Part shown: one piece after another, positions 37,317-52,280 of the stretch
Layout: every line of letters begins with the position of its first letter
How positions within the stretch are numbered: position 1 is the first letter of the stretch
Assembly: GCA_951406725.2 (NCBI GenBank)
Contig: OX597814.1
Coordinates: 81,220,001-81,284,000, forward strand
Reading direction: 5' to 3'
Length of the DNA stretch: 64,000 bases
Source of the DNA: Octopus vulgaris
Lineage: Eukaryota
Translations under genes and position numbers: made by a program
Notes under the pieces: model-generated
Databases searched by the model: none
Seen by the model: the letters and a program-made list of their open reading frames with translations, nothing else
Told to the model about the DNA's origin: nothing

Positions 37317-40308
37317 GAGTCCATGAAAGTAGAACTGGTGAGCAGGTGTTGTCTTTCAGTTGTACCCAGAATTTTTAAAAGGCCAAAGTGTAAAATGTAT
37401 AATTATACAGTTAGATAGAATTATTCACTTACGTGTATATTTCTAGTGAGAGATGAAATTGGAGAAATTGTTGTTTCTTAATAAAATCAGCTTATTGAGT
37501 AGACTGACCTTTCATAAACCTGGAGCCCATGAGAAAATCATTTAAATGTAAGGGGTCTTTGAGAGTGAAAAGTTTCAGAACTACTGCTATAAAGTGTTAA
37601 AATACTTTTAACGTATGCTTTATTGTCTATAAAGCGTACACCTTTGAAGACCACTGTTCCTGCTAAAGCAGAGGTTAGACTTGCAGACACCATGACAGCT
37701 TTTTCCATTTTCCCATATTCTCTATATCTCACCTTACCTTCATCACCATCTTCAGCCATGTCTTTTCCTACCTTCTACTACTTCCTTCATATTCATTTCC
37801 ATCACTCCTTTCAATAAAATAAAAAAGGAATATAATATTGTATATGTGCATGCATGCACACTTGTGCATGTGTGCACATTTTAAATAGCAATTGGTTCCA
37901 CATGGTAATTCTGATAATGCCAATTAATCTTAAAGTCTTACAGTCTTGTATTTTGAAGATCTGGAAGTAAACGCTCCACATCATAAATTGCAGAACAAAT
38001 TTGCAAGAAAGAAATTTAATCAAACAGAAGTTAAGCAAGAATCAAACACAGAAACAACCCAATACAACCAATAACCATCCTCCTATCATAGCAACCTTGA
38101 GAAGAATGCTGGGATGCTGGTTGTGAAATACGAAAATTTTAGCTAAATGTCAAGTGTAAATGTGACATCTCCATTTTACTTCCATTATTTCTTTCATTTG
38201 AAGAATTGTAAATGTGAAATACATGCTTTCCAAAACAGCACTCTGCAATACTTATTCTTCCTGAAAGTAAAAATAAAAACGACAAAAGAGAAACAAAGAT
38301 GATAAAAGAAGACGTGAAATGTTAGTGTGTTAATATAAAGAGCCTACATTTGCCGCTGTTATAGTCCATCGTATATTTTCACTCTACTTCTAAATTATCT
38401 GTGTTATTCTATCTTATATTTCAAATACTGCAAGCCAATGAAGGAGCCTCTACCTGATCAATAGACCTGCTCTGTAATCTCTGCCTGCACCCTAACCATA
38501 CAGCCATAACTTTACCATTAAGCAAATAGCCACTCTTAAGATATGTTGCTTGAATTACTTCCTGAATCAAACTAAACAACATCAAACTAGGTTTTTGAAT
38601 CAAACTAAACAACATCAACTGTAATTTTATTTCATGGGTGTGATGTTGACTATGGAGAAAGCATTCATTTGTTAAATATATGCTCCAGCAATTACTACAA
38701 ATGTTTATGGATTTGCAAGCACCATCCAATAAAGTCTGGCATGCATGGAAACTAGATCCATGACAATTATTTTCCTTCCTTTGTATTTTGTAGGACAAAG
38801 CAAATAAACCAAATGCATTTGGTAAATATTCTGTAGATTCTCAAAGGAAATCTATAGATTTTGTTTTTAAACATTATTTACCATAAATGTCTGTCAATTG
38901 TAATTAAATTGGTAAACTGACATTTTGGCCATTAAAAGAGAACATTTTAAATAAATACACGTTGTTTTAATGTATTTGAGAGCCTTGTTATTAATCTAGT
39001 CTCCAACCATAAATATAAGATTAATGTTACATGAAGTAAAATGGCTAAAAATCAGATCTTCATATACATATATGTGTGTGTGTATGTGTGTGGTGTAATA
39101 AGCCAAAGAGAAGCCTCTGTATATTTATTACTCAAACCTACTATAAATAGTTGTCAGCTATTCATCAAATTATGTCTTATGCCTTAACTATGGAAAGCAA
39201 TCATAAATACTTGTAAAAAGACAAGCTGGTGAAGGTTCAAATGTTTTTTGATCATAGTTTTGCTTATTCAGGGTTAACCTAGGGTTAAACAACAAGCATA
39301 ATTTATATGTTGTTTAACAGTTCTATTTGGGAACATATATGAGGTCTCTGGATCTGCTAGAAATAGCAGCCTAATATCCTCAAATCACACCCTGCTACTT
39401 TAAAAGAGGAAGGCCACACTAGAACACTTTTGAATGTAAATGTGCCCTTAACGGCAGTTCATCATCATCATCATCTTTTAACATCCATCTTCCATGCTGA
39501 TATGGAATAGATGGATTGACAGGATCTAATGAGAAGAACTGTGTCCTGCATAGAGAAGATACATGGTTAGTTACATTATACAAGAGTGGGTGCTAATAAT
39601 TGGGATGGAGATGGAAAGAAAGATAAAGATGGTGGTGATGAGGTGTGAAAGTACTTTGGGTGTCAGAAGAGCAGGAAGGAGTGGATGAGTGGGTGAGTAG
39701 AGGTTACTAGAGTGTATGGAGCAAGCAAGAGATTTCAGAGATGAGGTTGAGGTGGGGAGACAAATATTCTGAATGAGGAAGAGTTGAGAGTGATGGGTTC
39801 CATGATAAATATGAATCAAGGGAAGGTAGGGGAAAGTAAGTGATGACTGTAAAGGCTGGTTAGGATTGTGCGGTGAATGTAGCAAATAGTAGATAGGGAT
39901 AGAAAAGTGAGGGACAATGCATATGAGTTAATGGAAACTTAGAGGAGTGTAGGGAGTAACTTCAAGAAAATTGATTGAGCCTTTATGTTTTCAGTATTTG
40001 ATTTCATTCAATCACATCTATGTCTTGATATAAAATTCTACCTTGATTTTATTTTTGCATTACGTTAATAGGGATTGAAACAACAGCCACAACAATTATA
40101 CCAATCCTGAGTAAATATACCTATGATCAAAGGCCATCCAATCATGACAACCCTGTTGTTTTAGGGCTATCCAACAATACGCTATCCAATGTGTTCTCAT
40201 TTCCATTGTGGTAAGGTGAGATTTGGATAAGATTTGGTTAATATTTCTAGCATGGCACCTTGAGCAAGTGTCTTCTACTATATGCCTTGGCTGCTAGGCC
40301 AAATCTAC

Positions 40309-40542
40309 AAGGTGACGAGCTGGCAGAAACGTTAGCACACCGGGCGAAATGCTTAACGGTATCTCGTCTACCACTACGTTCTGAGTTCAAATTCCGCCAA
40401 GGTCGACTTTGCCTTTCATCCTTTCGGGGTTGATTAAATAAGTACCAGTTACACACTGAGGTCGATATAATCGACTTAATCCATTTGTCTGTCCTTGTTG
40501 TCCTCTCTGTCTGTAGTTCCTTGTGCGCAGTAAAGAAATAAG
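40309..40542 (+). mobile_element. SINE family A, full-length young copy
   Basis: aaggtgacgagctggcagaaacgttagcacaccgggcg...gagttcaaattccgcc..gtcgactttgcctttcatcctttcgggg...gtaaagaaataag. Confidence 0.9.
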
Positions 40543-40682
40543 TAGATCTGGCTGCTATTTCTAGTTGTTTGAATGAGCACATAAAAGTTCTTTCATTGGA
40601 CTTATGGCAAATAGATGTGCCATCTATGCTTAACCCTACCCAGTGTTAAGGGCGCAGGCCCAGTGAACAGAATCGTTTAAAC

Positions 40683-40989
40683 CAGTGGTTCTCAACCATT
40701 ATTTCCTATGGACCCCTTTGATTCTTATTTTACTCTACTGAGCTTACATAGCCATCTGATGTGTATAAAAAACAAGCTTACTGTATTTTTATATTTAAAT
40801 ATGATTAGGAATTGTATAAATTTTTTTTTATATTTTGTGTACAGTAGAATGTGGTAAGACTAATTTATTGGATGTGTAAAGTTAACTCCTTTAATCCAAA
40901 ACTACCTGAGACTGTTTGCACTAAACCAGGTTTATTACATATAAATTTTCATGACAAAATCTTATATAGATCCCAGTTAAGAACCTCTG
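40683..40989. mobile_element. hAT-superfamily MITE
   Basis: TIRs CAGTGGTTCTCAAC / GTTAAGAACCTCTG; perfect 8-bp TSD GTTTAAAC at 40675-40682 and 40990-40997. Confidence 0.85.
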
Positions 40990-41389
40990 GTTTAAACCAA
41001 AAATTGAAACTTAGAACTCAATGTTCCTAGTGCTTACCTCCTGCTCTACAATAGCGGGGAGCATTGAAAGTTGAGCTAGAATTCATTTATATAGTCTATA
41101 TTTTCTGTCATGATGTGAATAGCACTTGGGAACTGCTCTTGTGGAAAATTAGTAACTCATCAAAAATTCTACAGCCATGACAAGTAAGGTCAGCAGTAGA
41201 GTGCCAGAATTAGGAAGTCTGCAATTCTGAATTTGGCTTCTGTCAGAGATAGCTTAGCCTTTCCTTCTTCTGGAAGATGGTCAAATAAGAAGTCACGATG
41301 TATTGATGTTGTGTTACGATAATTATTTCTTGTGATTTTTCTTTCTTTCTTTCTTTCTCTCTCTCCCTCTCTCCCTCTCCCCCTCTCTC

Positions 41390-41426
<37 letters not shown>

Positions 41427-41974
41427 TTCTATATAGGCATATATATTCATATATATACATATATATACATATTTATGGATGAGTGTTTATGTGAGCGTGT
41501 GTGTATGTTAAGTATCTGTGCATGATTAGATACACAATTCAAAAGCCTTTTAACCAATTTTACATTAAAGTAACTCAAACTGTCTAATGACTTGAGAGAT
41601 TAGCAAAGTGAAGGTAGATAGTAATGTACTTAAACTATGTGCCTGTGGTTGGGAGGGGAGCTGAGCTTTCAGTATCTTCAAATACTATCATTATATTCAG
41701 TGTAGTTAATTAGGTTATATTGGAATTCTACACAACAAATCCCACCAGGAAATAAATAAATAATGTCCTCTTCAACAATTCAACTAATATAACCTTAAAC
41801 CTTTTCATGATTGTATTCCTAATGAGTAGATGACCCATGTGTTTAAATTATTTTTCAATATAGTCAACATTTTAAAGTAAGCTTTAGCAAATTATTTGTA
41901 AATCTATATAGTCATATATTATGTTGGTGCCAACCAACTGAAATCATACAATATCTTCATCTTTGATATTGTAT

Positions 41975-42345
41975 TTGTTTCGGTCATTGGACTCTGGCCA
42001 TGCTGAGATACAAACTTAAAGGCTTTAATTGAATAAATCAACCCAGGTGCTTTATTTTCTAAGACAGGTACTTATTCTAAAGATCTCTTTTGTTGAACCA
42101 CTAGGTTACAGGGATGTTAACAAACCAACACCAGTTGTCAACACAGGAACACACACCCCCACCCCCACACACCTCACACACACCCATATATACACAATGG
42201 GTTACTTTCAGTTTCCATCAACCAGATTCACTCACACGGCTTTGGTCAGCCTGGGGCTATAGTAGAAGACAAAGTGCCCTACTGTGAGACTCAACCCACG
42301 AGCACATCTTCTGAAAGCAAGCTTCCTAACAGCACAACCCATGTT
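41975..42345 (-). mobile_element. SINE family B
   Basis: ttgtttcggtcattggact..ggtacttattct..(CA)n..ctttcagtttccatc..gctatagtagaagac. Confidence 0.8.
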
Positions 42346-42924
42346 GTTTATGTTTTAATCAGATATTGATCAAGATTTTAATTCAAATATTAACATTTTA
42401 GTGCAAACAGTCTCAGGTAGTTTTGGATTAAAGGAGTTAACATTACACATCCAATAAATTAGTCTTACTACACTTCTCTCCTACCTCCTTCTTCAATATC
42501 AATGTCTCACTGCTATGTGGCTTTACATTCATTACACATCTATTGCAGACACTGAATTTTGCTCAGGAAAAAAACTCTATAGTTGCCAACAGATATAACA
42601 GCTGCCTGAGCTTCTAGCCCATTTTTCTAAATTCTAGCTACTATATTCAATCAAAACCACTTTCAGCAATAATCAAATCACTCATGTAACAGAAATTACC
42701 TCAACAACTTGAGTCTTAGACTCAGCAACTTGAGTCTTAGTAGTTCATGGATTTAATTTTGTAGGCAGCCTAATGGCTAAATATTCTTGCACTTTGAACA
42801 CATTTGGAAGGCATTTTGATCAACAAGCTAATGTAATGTAAAATACATATTTTACATTAATGATACATATTTTACGAATGTGTGGAAGGATAAAAGGAAA
42901 AATATGCCCTTGAAGATTTATCAT

Positions 42925-43250
42925 TAACATCATCATTATCATCCACGTTCCATGCCGGAATGTATTAGATGGTTTGACACAAGCTGATGGACCTAAAGAC
43001 TGCTTCATGCTCTGATGCCTGCTTTGGCATGGTTTCTATGACTGGATGCCCTTCCTAATGCCAACCACTTTACAACTGTACTGGTTATTTTTCTGGTAAG
43101 GCTGCTTTGCAGTTTGCTAGACTATGAACCCCTCATTTCTTTGCAACTTTATGCTAGGAGCTGAGTAGGGTAAAATATGGGTAAAAGTGTGAGAGAAAAG
43201 GGCTAGAGCAGAATAGGTTTCTTGCTGTAGAGGAGCTGCATGACAACTCA
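42925..43250 (-). mobile_element. RTE-3'UTR-related repeat
   Basis: catcatc..atccacgttccatgcc..ggatgcccttcctaatgccaaccacttt. Confidence 0.7.
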
Positions 43251-45584
43251 CATTTTAGAAGAGAGGGTGAGAATGATTGAGTGGAGCTTGAGAGGAATAA
43301 GAGAAACCTTTAGTATGCAACCACTTTTACTAACTCACAATCCTTTGCATAAAATATTTAACTTTTCCACAAAATAACATTTACAGCAAAGAAATTCTTA
43401 ACTTTCTTTCAATAGGCCTATCTATTTAAGAAACTGTTATTTTGTATTCATCCAACAAAATTCAGTGTAGCATATCTAATGAAATGTGTGTACTTATTCA
43501 AGCATAATCAAAATATATGGTTTCTGAAAAGTTTATTGCACAAGACGTTTGCTTATGGTTTCTTCCCTTTTTTTTTTTGTTTGCTTCTTCTTGGCAGATT
43601 TATTTATATATTTTACTTTTGCCTATATAATTTGTTGTTTCATATGAATTATTTACTTATTTGTTATGTGCAGAACCATCAATAACAAAATGTATGATAA
43701 CAGACCATTTTTCTAAGCATTTGTAAATTGAAAAAGAAGCCAAAACAAACTTTATGACTTTTATAACAATAAAAATTTATATAACGAAACCCTGCTTCTA
43801 TTTCTATACCGTATCATTTTCTTCAACTCTATTTACATCAACACTATCTCTAGCACTATCTAAAGTTACATTTTAGACTAAAACCAAAACGCTGCTTTAA
43901 TGATAAAGGTAATGTTTCTCTGTAAATGTTTTGGTGTTTGATTCATTTCAGTTACTTTCCATTTCTATTTTCTGTTTAATAATCAGTCTGTAAAAGAAAT
44001 AGAATATCTTAAATTTCAAACCTAATATTTTAAGTGACTAACCTTCAGCTGTATTAATTTACATAACAAAACAATATCAACATCAACTTCAACCAAGTTG
44101 AAATCTCTTGAATTCAACTGAAAGTTATGATAAAATCAGATGAATTTTTCTGATGGGAACTGAGAACATGTATGATGATATAATTAGAATAAGCTAAATA
44201 ATAAAAGACAGAAATATTAAAATCAAGTTTTCAGTTATAAACTGTTAGTAGTTTCTTTACTGTTTGGAAACGAAAATCTCCCTTATGTCATTCTTTAGAT
44301 TTTTCAAAAATTTTATTTTTATTCTATAACAATTTGCAAATGATAGCATCATTGGTTACTGAATTCTAACAGACCAATCTGTAATTCACTGCATTTCTGA
44401 TGGTATTACACATTGGTACATGATGCACACATGCAAGCACACACAAGTACATCTGTATATATATGAGGAAGCCTATCTTTATATATATATATATCATGAG
44501 TAACAAGCCACATTGCAAGAGTGCGATCATTCTGAAGTACAAAGACAGCACTATCAAAACTATAAATATAGATCCTATGATAATAGCTTCAAATAAAATA
44601 AAATTGTTATCATTTTCACTTAATTCCATATTTTTAGTCAATACTCTTGAATTTGGTATATGCCAATTTACACAATTAAATTATGAAATATATTATTCAT
44701 ATTAAATTCATATCTGTAGGAGAGTGCATTCCATTACACATTGGACAGCTATAAAAGTAGAGGAAAACAATTTAATTTCACACGTGAAAATCAGCTTTCC
44801 AAGAGAAATCAAGTGATGCTTTATTAAATCAGATATACTTTCATTAAGAATATCTTTGGGTCATTTATAGAAACTTCTTCTCATGGGAATTTTAGTATAT
44901 ATTTATTCATGCCCTCCCAAAGGTATACATACATACAAACAAACATGTACAGAAAGGTAGAGAGGTGTGTCTGTGGGGGTGGGGTGAACATTGGATGGCC
45001 TTCTGCACAGTCTTTCAAATTCTACTGACAGGGTATTGGTCAACCCAAGATGTGCCATGAGGTGGTATTGAACCCTGAATTACATGGTAGTTAAGCAAAC
45101 TTCTTGACTATACAACCATGGTTGCACTCAAAGACTAACTTTCAGTGCTAAATGTTTTTCTGTTCTTCATATATAGACAGCTTATTTTTTAAGATGTATA
45201 CATTTTTGTTTATGTATATGCTTATGCATTTATTATATTGTTTTTGTTTAATGCTTTTATTGGTCTCGGTCACTACACTGTGGCTGGGGTATTAACTGTC
45301 ATTCTCAATCAAGAGCTTTCAGCTGCTATATAAGTACTTGTATGTCACCTGGTACTTATTTCATTGATCTCAAGATAGAACAGAGTCATCCTGAGCAATA
45401 AGGGGCATAACCAGCACAGGACTACATACCCCAAGGTTATTTTTTGTTATTTTTTTTCTTTTGTTTTTGACACTTCAGCTCTGTCATTCCCTCTTTCTTT
45501 CATTCGATGATTTACTTAGCTGTTTCATTCATATTTTTATGGTTATTTATTAACTGTGTTATTTTTATCTCTGCAAATTAGTTA

Positions 45585-45930
45585 GGTGCACATATGGCTT
45601 TGTGGTTGAGAAAATCACTTTGCAGCCAGCTGATGTCAAGTTCAGCCCCATTGCATGGCACTTGGGGCAAGTATCTTCTAGCATAACCTCAGGTCAACAC
45701 CAATGTCTTGTGAGTGAAATTTTGTTGACATAACCTGTATGGAAATCCATCAAACACATTTACATGCATGTTTGTTTACCACTGTTTAACAACAGGTGCT
45801 CTTTGTTTACAGTTTGACAAACAGAGTTTGATGAATTAAGTACCAGATCTAGAAATAAGCACTGGGTCAATATCATTGACTTAACCCTTGAAGGTATGAC
45901 TGCAGTCTAGTGACTAAAACCAGTAAAAAG
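45585..45930 (+). mobile_element. SINE family B, diverged
   Basis: ggctttgtggttgag..gttcagcccc..ggcacttggggcaagtatcttcta..gtgactaaaaccagtaaaaaga. Confidence 0.7.
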
Positions 45931-46102
45931 AATAAAGTAAACGTAACAGGATAGTTATGTAATTCACATCCTACTGATGTCTGTCTGATGCTCATTTTTA
46001 TCAATCTCAATTTATTGAAGATCAAAGGTTTTAGTGTACCTTAAATTACATTCTTTGATCAGATGTTGCGATGTTCATGCTTTTCAGAAAAACATTAACA
46101 CT

Positions 46103-46359
46103 TTAACCCTTTAGCATTCACATTATCCTGTCAAAAGTAATGCCTATTTATTCACATTGTTTTGTATTAATCAATGATTAATTATGTTGTAATGATTAAT
46201 GATCAATTATATTGTAGCTTTGAGATTTTGAAGAGGTAACTGTTAAATTTTAGAAAGATATAATCGGATTGATGTGAGAGGCCAGATCTGGTCAGTTTGA
46301 ACATAAAACAAGTTGAGTATTTGGTTAGATATGGCAAGTTTAAATGCTAAAGGCTTGAA
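46103..46359. mobile_element. piggyBac-like MITE
   Basis: TTAA|CCCTTTAGCATT ... AATGCTAAAGGcttgaa; inverted termini. Confidence 0.7.
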
Positions 46360-47784
46360 GGAATTAGAATAAAACTTTAACCAGAGGCTCATTCTACTTC
46401 AAGACTACAAGCCAACAAGGTAGTCTCTACATGATAGCTCAACCTGATAGAAATAGTAGCCAAATCTTCCTCAAATTATACTCTGTGGTCTTAATAATAC
46501 AGCTGTAACATCTTTGATCATAGGTCTGCTTAGTCAGAGTTAAGCAATAACACCATTTCCAATAATAATATCTGGTCTATTGTGCATATATTTTACAAGG
46601 GTTCTAACAGGAACATTCCACCAGCGCCCTTTTCATATTATAAGCAAGTATGTCCTTCATGTCACTGTAACTTATATTTTGATCCTCAGGAACTATTTTT
46701 CTATAACCTGGGGTTAAACATCAGCAACTATTTGGAAAAAGGAATAGCCAAATCTTCTTCAGATCGCAATCTACTGTCCTTAAAAAAGAAAATCATAAAA
46801 AGAACATGAGATAATAGATTCTGAGGATACACCATTTCTGGACTGTCTTTCATGCTAGGTCTGTTTGATCAGAGCTAGGACTAAAGAGTAACAACAAAAC
46901 AACTTGTAGCTTACTACAGAATAAATACCATCACTAGACTCTCCGTACTTTCATATACACACACATGCTTACATCAATCTTTTAATATTTACTCATCTCA
47001 TACAAGTGTGATAAATAGAGTCAATTGGTTGACTTTTCCTAAACCAAATACATTCATCAATCAGGCTAATCACCCAATTGACTTCATCCATTCATCTTTG
47101 TTATTTGCTGTTTTATTTCTTCCAATTTTTTTTATCTTCTTTATGATAAAGAAAGAAATTAATTATGAAGTCTTTATAATGTGTATATTATAATGAAAGA
47201 GATTATAAATCATATTTACAAAAAACTTTTCCCTCGTTTTAGTTTTGGTTGTCATTGTGTCTTTGCCTTTTATTTTTTACTTGTTTCTTTCATTGGACTA
47301 CAGCCATGCTGGAGCATTGCCTTGAAGGATTTAAGAAACTCACCCAAGCACACATTCTTTTTTTTAAAATCTGCTGCTTCCTCTATTGGTCTCCTTTGCA
47401 AAAACACTAAGTTATGAGGTTGTAAATAAACCAACACTGCTTGTCAAGGGGTGGGAATGGAGACAAACAGAAACACAAATACACTCATATAGATAGGTAG
47501 ATAAATAAGACACATAAATATGTGGGTAGGTGTACCCTTGTCTGCACATCATGTGATGATTGTAAATGAGTATCATTTTCATTCAAGCCATGTTGTTTAT
47601 TTCCAGTTTTCCATGAAAAACCTATCTGGTCACTGGAAAACATTACTTTGCATGGAAACTGGTGAGGGTTGGTAACTGGAAGGGTATCCTACTTCAGAAA
47701 ATTTGCCTCTGCAAATTCTGTCTGACCCATGCAAACATGGAAAAGTAAACGTTAATAAATATTGATGATTAGTAGCAAAAATAA

Positions 47785-48010
47785 TGATAATGACGGTAGA
47801 TAGCAGAATTGTTAAAGTGTCCAGGAAAATACCTTGTGATGTTTTGTTCTGACTCTTAACATTCTGGGATCCAATCTTGTCAAGATTAGCTTTGCGTTTC
47901 AACCCTCTGGGATCAATAAAATAAAGTACATACTTGTAAAGTACTGAGATCAGTGGTATCAACTAATCCCCTCACCTCAAAATTGCTGGCCTTATGCCTG
48001 GACTGGAAAC

Positions 48011-48076
<66 letters not shown>

Positions 48077-48450
48077 GGCAAGGAACTGGTGGAATCATTA
48101 GTGCATCAGACAAAATAGTTAATAGAATTTCTTCTGCTTTTTTCATACTCTGAGCTCAAATCTCACTGAGGTCAACATTCATTCATTCAGGGTTGATAAA
48201 ATAAAGTATCAGTCAAGTACTGGGGGTCAATGGAATCAACAAAGTATCTCCCACCAGTAATGCTGGCCTTGTGCCTAAATCACCAATCACTGTTAATAGT
48301 GTTGTTGTTATTAAAGACTGTGGGTCCTTAGAGTAACAAAAAAAAAAATGCTGTATTTATTCTGGCTCTTTACATTTCATGACTGTACTTTATATGATAA
48401 CTTATTTTATTGTCCTCATAAGCTCAATCAGATAGAACAGCAAAGTTGAC
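47785..48450. mobile_element. Small cluster of family A-type SINEs around (ATT)n 48012-48075
   Basis: Repeated agcagaattgtta..ttctgagctcaaat..aggtcaac..gataaaataaagta modules either side of an (ATT)n tract. Confidence 0.7.
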
Positions 48451-49514
48451 CTCAATGCATAGGGGAAGTAACTGAGATGGTGGGAAATAGTGCAGGCATC
48501 AGTAGGTTGCATAAGATATGGCTCATCGTAAGTAAGGCTACACTACTAAAAAAAATTAAAGGTAATTCTTCGTTAAACATGCCATTCAGGAAGTCCCGCT
48601 TGCCACTGGTTGTCCATGACTGAAGTAGGGTATTTTTTGTCTGCTGAATCAGTTCTACCAACCCTTACCAATATACATATAGTCATTCACACACACACAC
48701 ACAACACACACATGCACACTCATATGAACACACATTCAAATATAGTTGTTGAGATTTTGTCAACTAAATTTGACTCTCATGGCTTCTGTCAACTATAGAT
48801 TAAGATGATGTTTGCCCAAAGTGTTATACACTGGGATCAAACCCAGAATTATGTGACTGCATTGCAAACTTCTGAACCACACAACCACAGCTCTGCCTGC
48901 TCCCACTACTATTAATAACAATATGCACACAAAGCTTGAACTTGGGTCGGGTGTACAGTGATGAAATAAGTTGTAGTACTTGATTAGCCCCTTTATTTTA
49001 TCTATTAGAGAGGTCATCATATGCAGAATTGGTCTCAGGTGGATTTGAGCTCAGAAAATAAGATACATAATAAAATACCATATACTATTTTGCTCTCTCA
49101 TCTACATATTCTGCCAGATGTTAATGATATTAATTAAAACTGAAAATGTAAATTATGTACAGAATAAATGCAAATTTAATGTCAAGGTATATGAATATGA
49201 GCAATTAAAAATCAAAACTAATTTATAAAACAATATATTATTTGGTTTATTTTTCTAAGTATCATGTCAATTGAAATCAGATTAAGATGAGAATTAATAT
49301 GTGCACTTTTATACAAATATCATTTTCTAGTTCATGATTGAGTTAATTTGAGTTATATTCAGTGAAATGTTGCTGGATTTTAATTAGTGACAGAATACAC
49401 ACACACACAGGCTTAAACATAAACAAACATATGTGTGTGTATGTGTCTTTGTGTGTTTGCATACATCTGTGATAGATAGATTGGTAGACTGGTAGGTAGG
49501 TAGATATACTTATG

Positions 49515-50022
49515 CAGTTTCTGTCTTCCAATTTAATTCATAAGGTATTGGTTGGCCTGTGATAATAGTTGAAGACAATTGCCCAAGGTGGCATGTTGTG
49601 AGACTGAATTTAAGGACACTTGATTGCAAAGTGAACTTTTTAACCACACAGCCATGCCTGTGTGCATATATAACATGCAACCACATGATTTCAGGTTCAG
49701 TTACACTACATAGTACTTTAAGCAAATATTTTCTATTACAGCCATGGGCTGGCTAAAGATGTCTGAGTGAAACTGTGTAGAAGCTATTGTGTATACATGT
49801 GTGTGTCTGTTTATGTGGATGTATGTTTTCGTATTTGTCCCCCACACACTACTTGACAACCAGTGTTGGTTTGTTTACATTTGCATAACTTAGTTCAGTA
49901 AAAGAAACCAATAGAGTAAGTATTAGCTTTAAAATATGTACTGGAGTCAGTTTGTTCAACTAACCCTTCCAAAGACGTGCTCCAGCAGAGCACAGTCCAA
50001 TGATTGAAACAAGGAAAAAGAT
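49515..50022. mobile_element. Two family B SINEs head-to-head
   Basis: Minus-strand head at 49515-49665 followed at once by a plus-strand copy at 49675-50022. Confidence 0.75.
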
Positions 50023-50745
50023 TAACAGTGTAAAATGTATATACACACATGCACACTGAGTTCAATAGAAAAGAGAGCAGAGGATCAATAAAATTTTAAT
50101 TTTATTGTTGTTCTTTGACCTTGAGTTATTGACCTAGCAGTCCTATGATTCAACGACATTCCAGTTCTGATCATCCCAAATTTTTCCTATGTGCAGCCCA
50201 GGGCTACATTATCCAATGTGGCCATTCGTGAGTTGGTGGAGATGGGATATTTAAAGAAAATATGACTGCAATTTCTAGCAGGTCAGGTGATGACATTGAG
50301 GTTTCCTCATTGGCTTAATCTAATTTCAGTATTTACCACATAGAGGAATGAATGATTAGTGGGTAGTCTGTGCATGCTAAATGTGCAACATTTCTGGTGT
50401 CTTCTTGTCTCAAAATCTGAACATGCATTCAGCAAAGAGGTTCTTATGATGTGACAGTGATAGGCGATGCGAGAGAATTGGTTAGGAAATGGATGTTTGA
50501 CAGAAAAGCAGTAATGAATGTGTGAGTGTGTAAATTTCTGAGTGTGCAGGTATGTTCAGGTGTTCAGCAGAGAGGAAATTGTGTGTACGTGAAGGAAGTT
50601 ACTTGAGAATTAAATATGCCAGCATGGCAGTTAGAAATAAAAAAAATTTTTTAAATAGGTTATATATGTATATACATACAGGCATATATTTGTGTGTGTG
50701 TGTGTGTGTGCATGTGTGCATATACACACACACACACACACACAC

Positions 50746-50790
<45 letters not shown>

Positions 50791-50949
50791 CGAGAGAGAG
50801 AGAGAGAGAGAGAGTCAGGCAGAGAAATAGTTTGATGAAGAAAAGGGTAGCAAGTGGAAACAGCAAAACTAAAAGACCAATAAAAGATCAGAAATATAAC
50901 AAGTTCATTAAACCAGATTCTTGGGGAAGTATTAATCTTGCAATGATAT

Positions 50950-51809
50950 GGTTGTTGCCCTGGTTGTCATCATCATCATCATCACCACCATTAGTATTGT
51001 TATTACTATTGATGTTATTGTTAATATGGTTTATTCGTTTATTTTGTTTGTTTTCCTATATTTTCCTACTCTTATCTCCACCTCTTCCTCTTTCCTTGTC
51101 AATCGGATGAGTATGTTCTGTGTAGCAAGCTACCGGCATTCCACTGCCATTACCAATGCAATTCATTTCTTTAGTTTTGTCTTGCAATCAGCATTTTCTT
51201 CCTCGTGTCTTTCGAAGAATTTCTTTGTGGTATCAAAGAAATCAAAAACCAATGCCGCTACCACCAACAACAACAACAACCTCATCCTCAACTACAGTAA
51301 TTACAACAACAACACCAAACACCTTTGCTGTTAACCACAAACACCCCACCTCTACCACACTTAACACCATCAGCAGCAGCAGTAGCAACGGCAATATTAA
51401 CTTAATTACTGCCTTCATCATTGCCATTATCATCATCATCACCATTCACCACCAGTACTATCACCACCTCCATCATCATCATTATTATTATCATTTGAAC
51501 CAAGCTATTACCCTTATCACCATTGTTTTAGTTGCTTACACCATCTCCATCATCATTCTTCTCCAATTCTCCTTTCTCTATCACCACCATCTACATCATC
51601 ATCATCTTCTGGTGAACAGCCCTATAACTCTTCATCATTATTCATTTTCACTATCATCATCATCATCATCATATAAACTGCACTATTACACTCTGCCATT
51701 ATCATCACCACCTTTTATAGACTACCTCTTCAGCTACTCACCCTTCAACTCTACACTAAACCCGCTGCCCCCAAACCAGATCACTATTTCTACAGTTCCT
51801 GCTTCTCCA

Positions 51810-51906
<97 letters not shown>

Positions 51907-52035
51907 TATGTCTGTGGGTTGTTTTTCTTTCTTTGCTCATGGCAGCAAGCAATACAGTAAGACTTAATCAATATTTAACATATTAAAGACATATTATCTC
52001 CTGTACTCACAGCTAATAGCTTGCTCACCATCATA

Positions 52036-52090
<55 letters not shown>

Positions 52091-52153
52091 GCAAGCACGC
52101 ACTTTCACATGCTCATGTGAATACACAAACATACATGTGCGCACACACACACT

Positions 52154-52184
<31 letters not shown>

Positions 52185-52280
52185 GCAAGCACGCACTTTC
52201 ACATGCTCATGTGAATACACAAATATACATGTGCATACACACACACACACACACACACTCTCTCTCTCTCTCTCCTGCAA
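50950..52280. repeat. Low-complexity block: (CAT/CAC/CAA)n, (CT)n, (CA)n
   Basis: Degenerate trinucleotide runs at 50960-51700, (CT)n at 51812-51905 and (CA)n at 52037-52258; explains the 276-aa ORF. Confidence 0.9.

Noticed and set aside
37433-37442. Minus-strand 10-nt microexon (ctcactAG|AAATATACAC|GTAAGT); a similar 10-nt plus-strand case lies near 24809-24818
   Set aside because: Not frame-preserving and no supporting gene context; such motifs arise by chance in AT-rich DNA.
38421-38798. 125-aa ORF containing YLTNECFLHSQ, reminiscent of the Helitron/PIF1 helicase motif CFSHGQLYV
   Set aside because: The similarity covers about 10 residues, flanking helicase motifs are absent, and the ORF includes a local duplication and repeat-derived sequence.
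51156-51986. 276-aa ORF, the longest non-TE frame
   Set aside because: Made of degenerate CAT/CAC/CAA and (CT)n repeats that lack stops; no domain-like sequence.
52084-52234. 94-bp-period tandem duplication between (CA)n tracts
   Set aside because: Ordinary slippage or unequal exchange between microsatellites.
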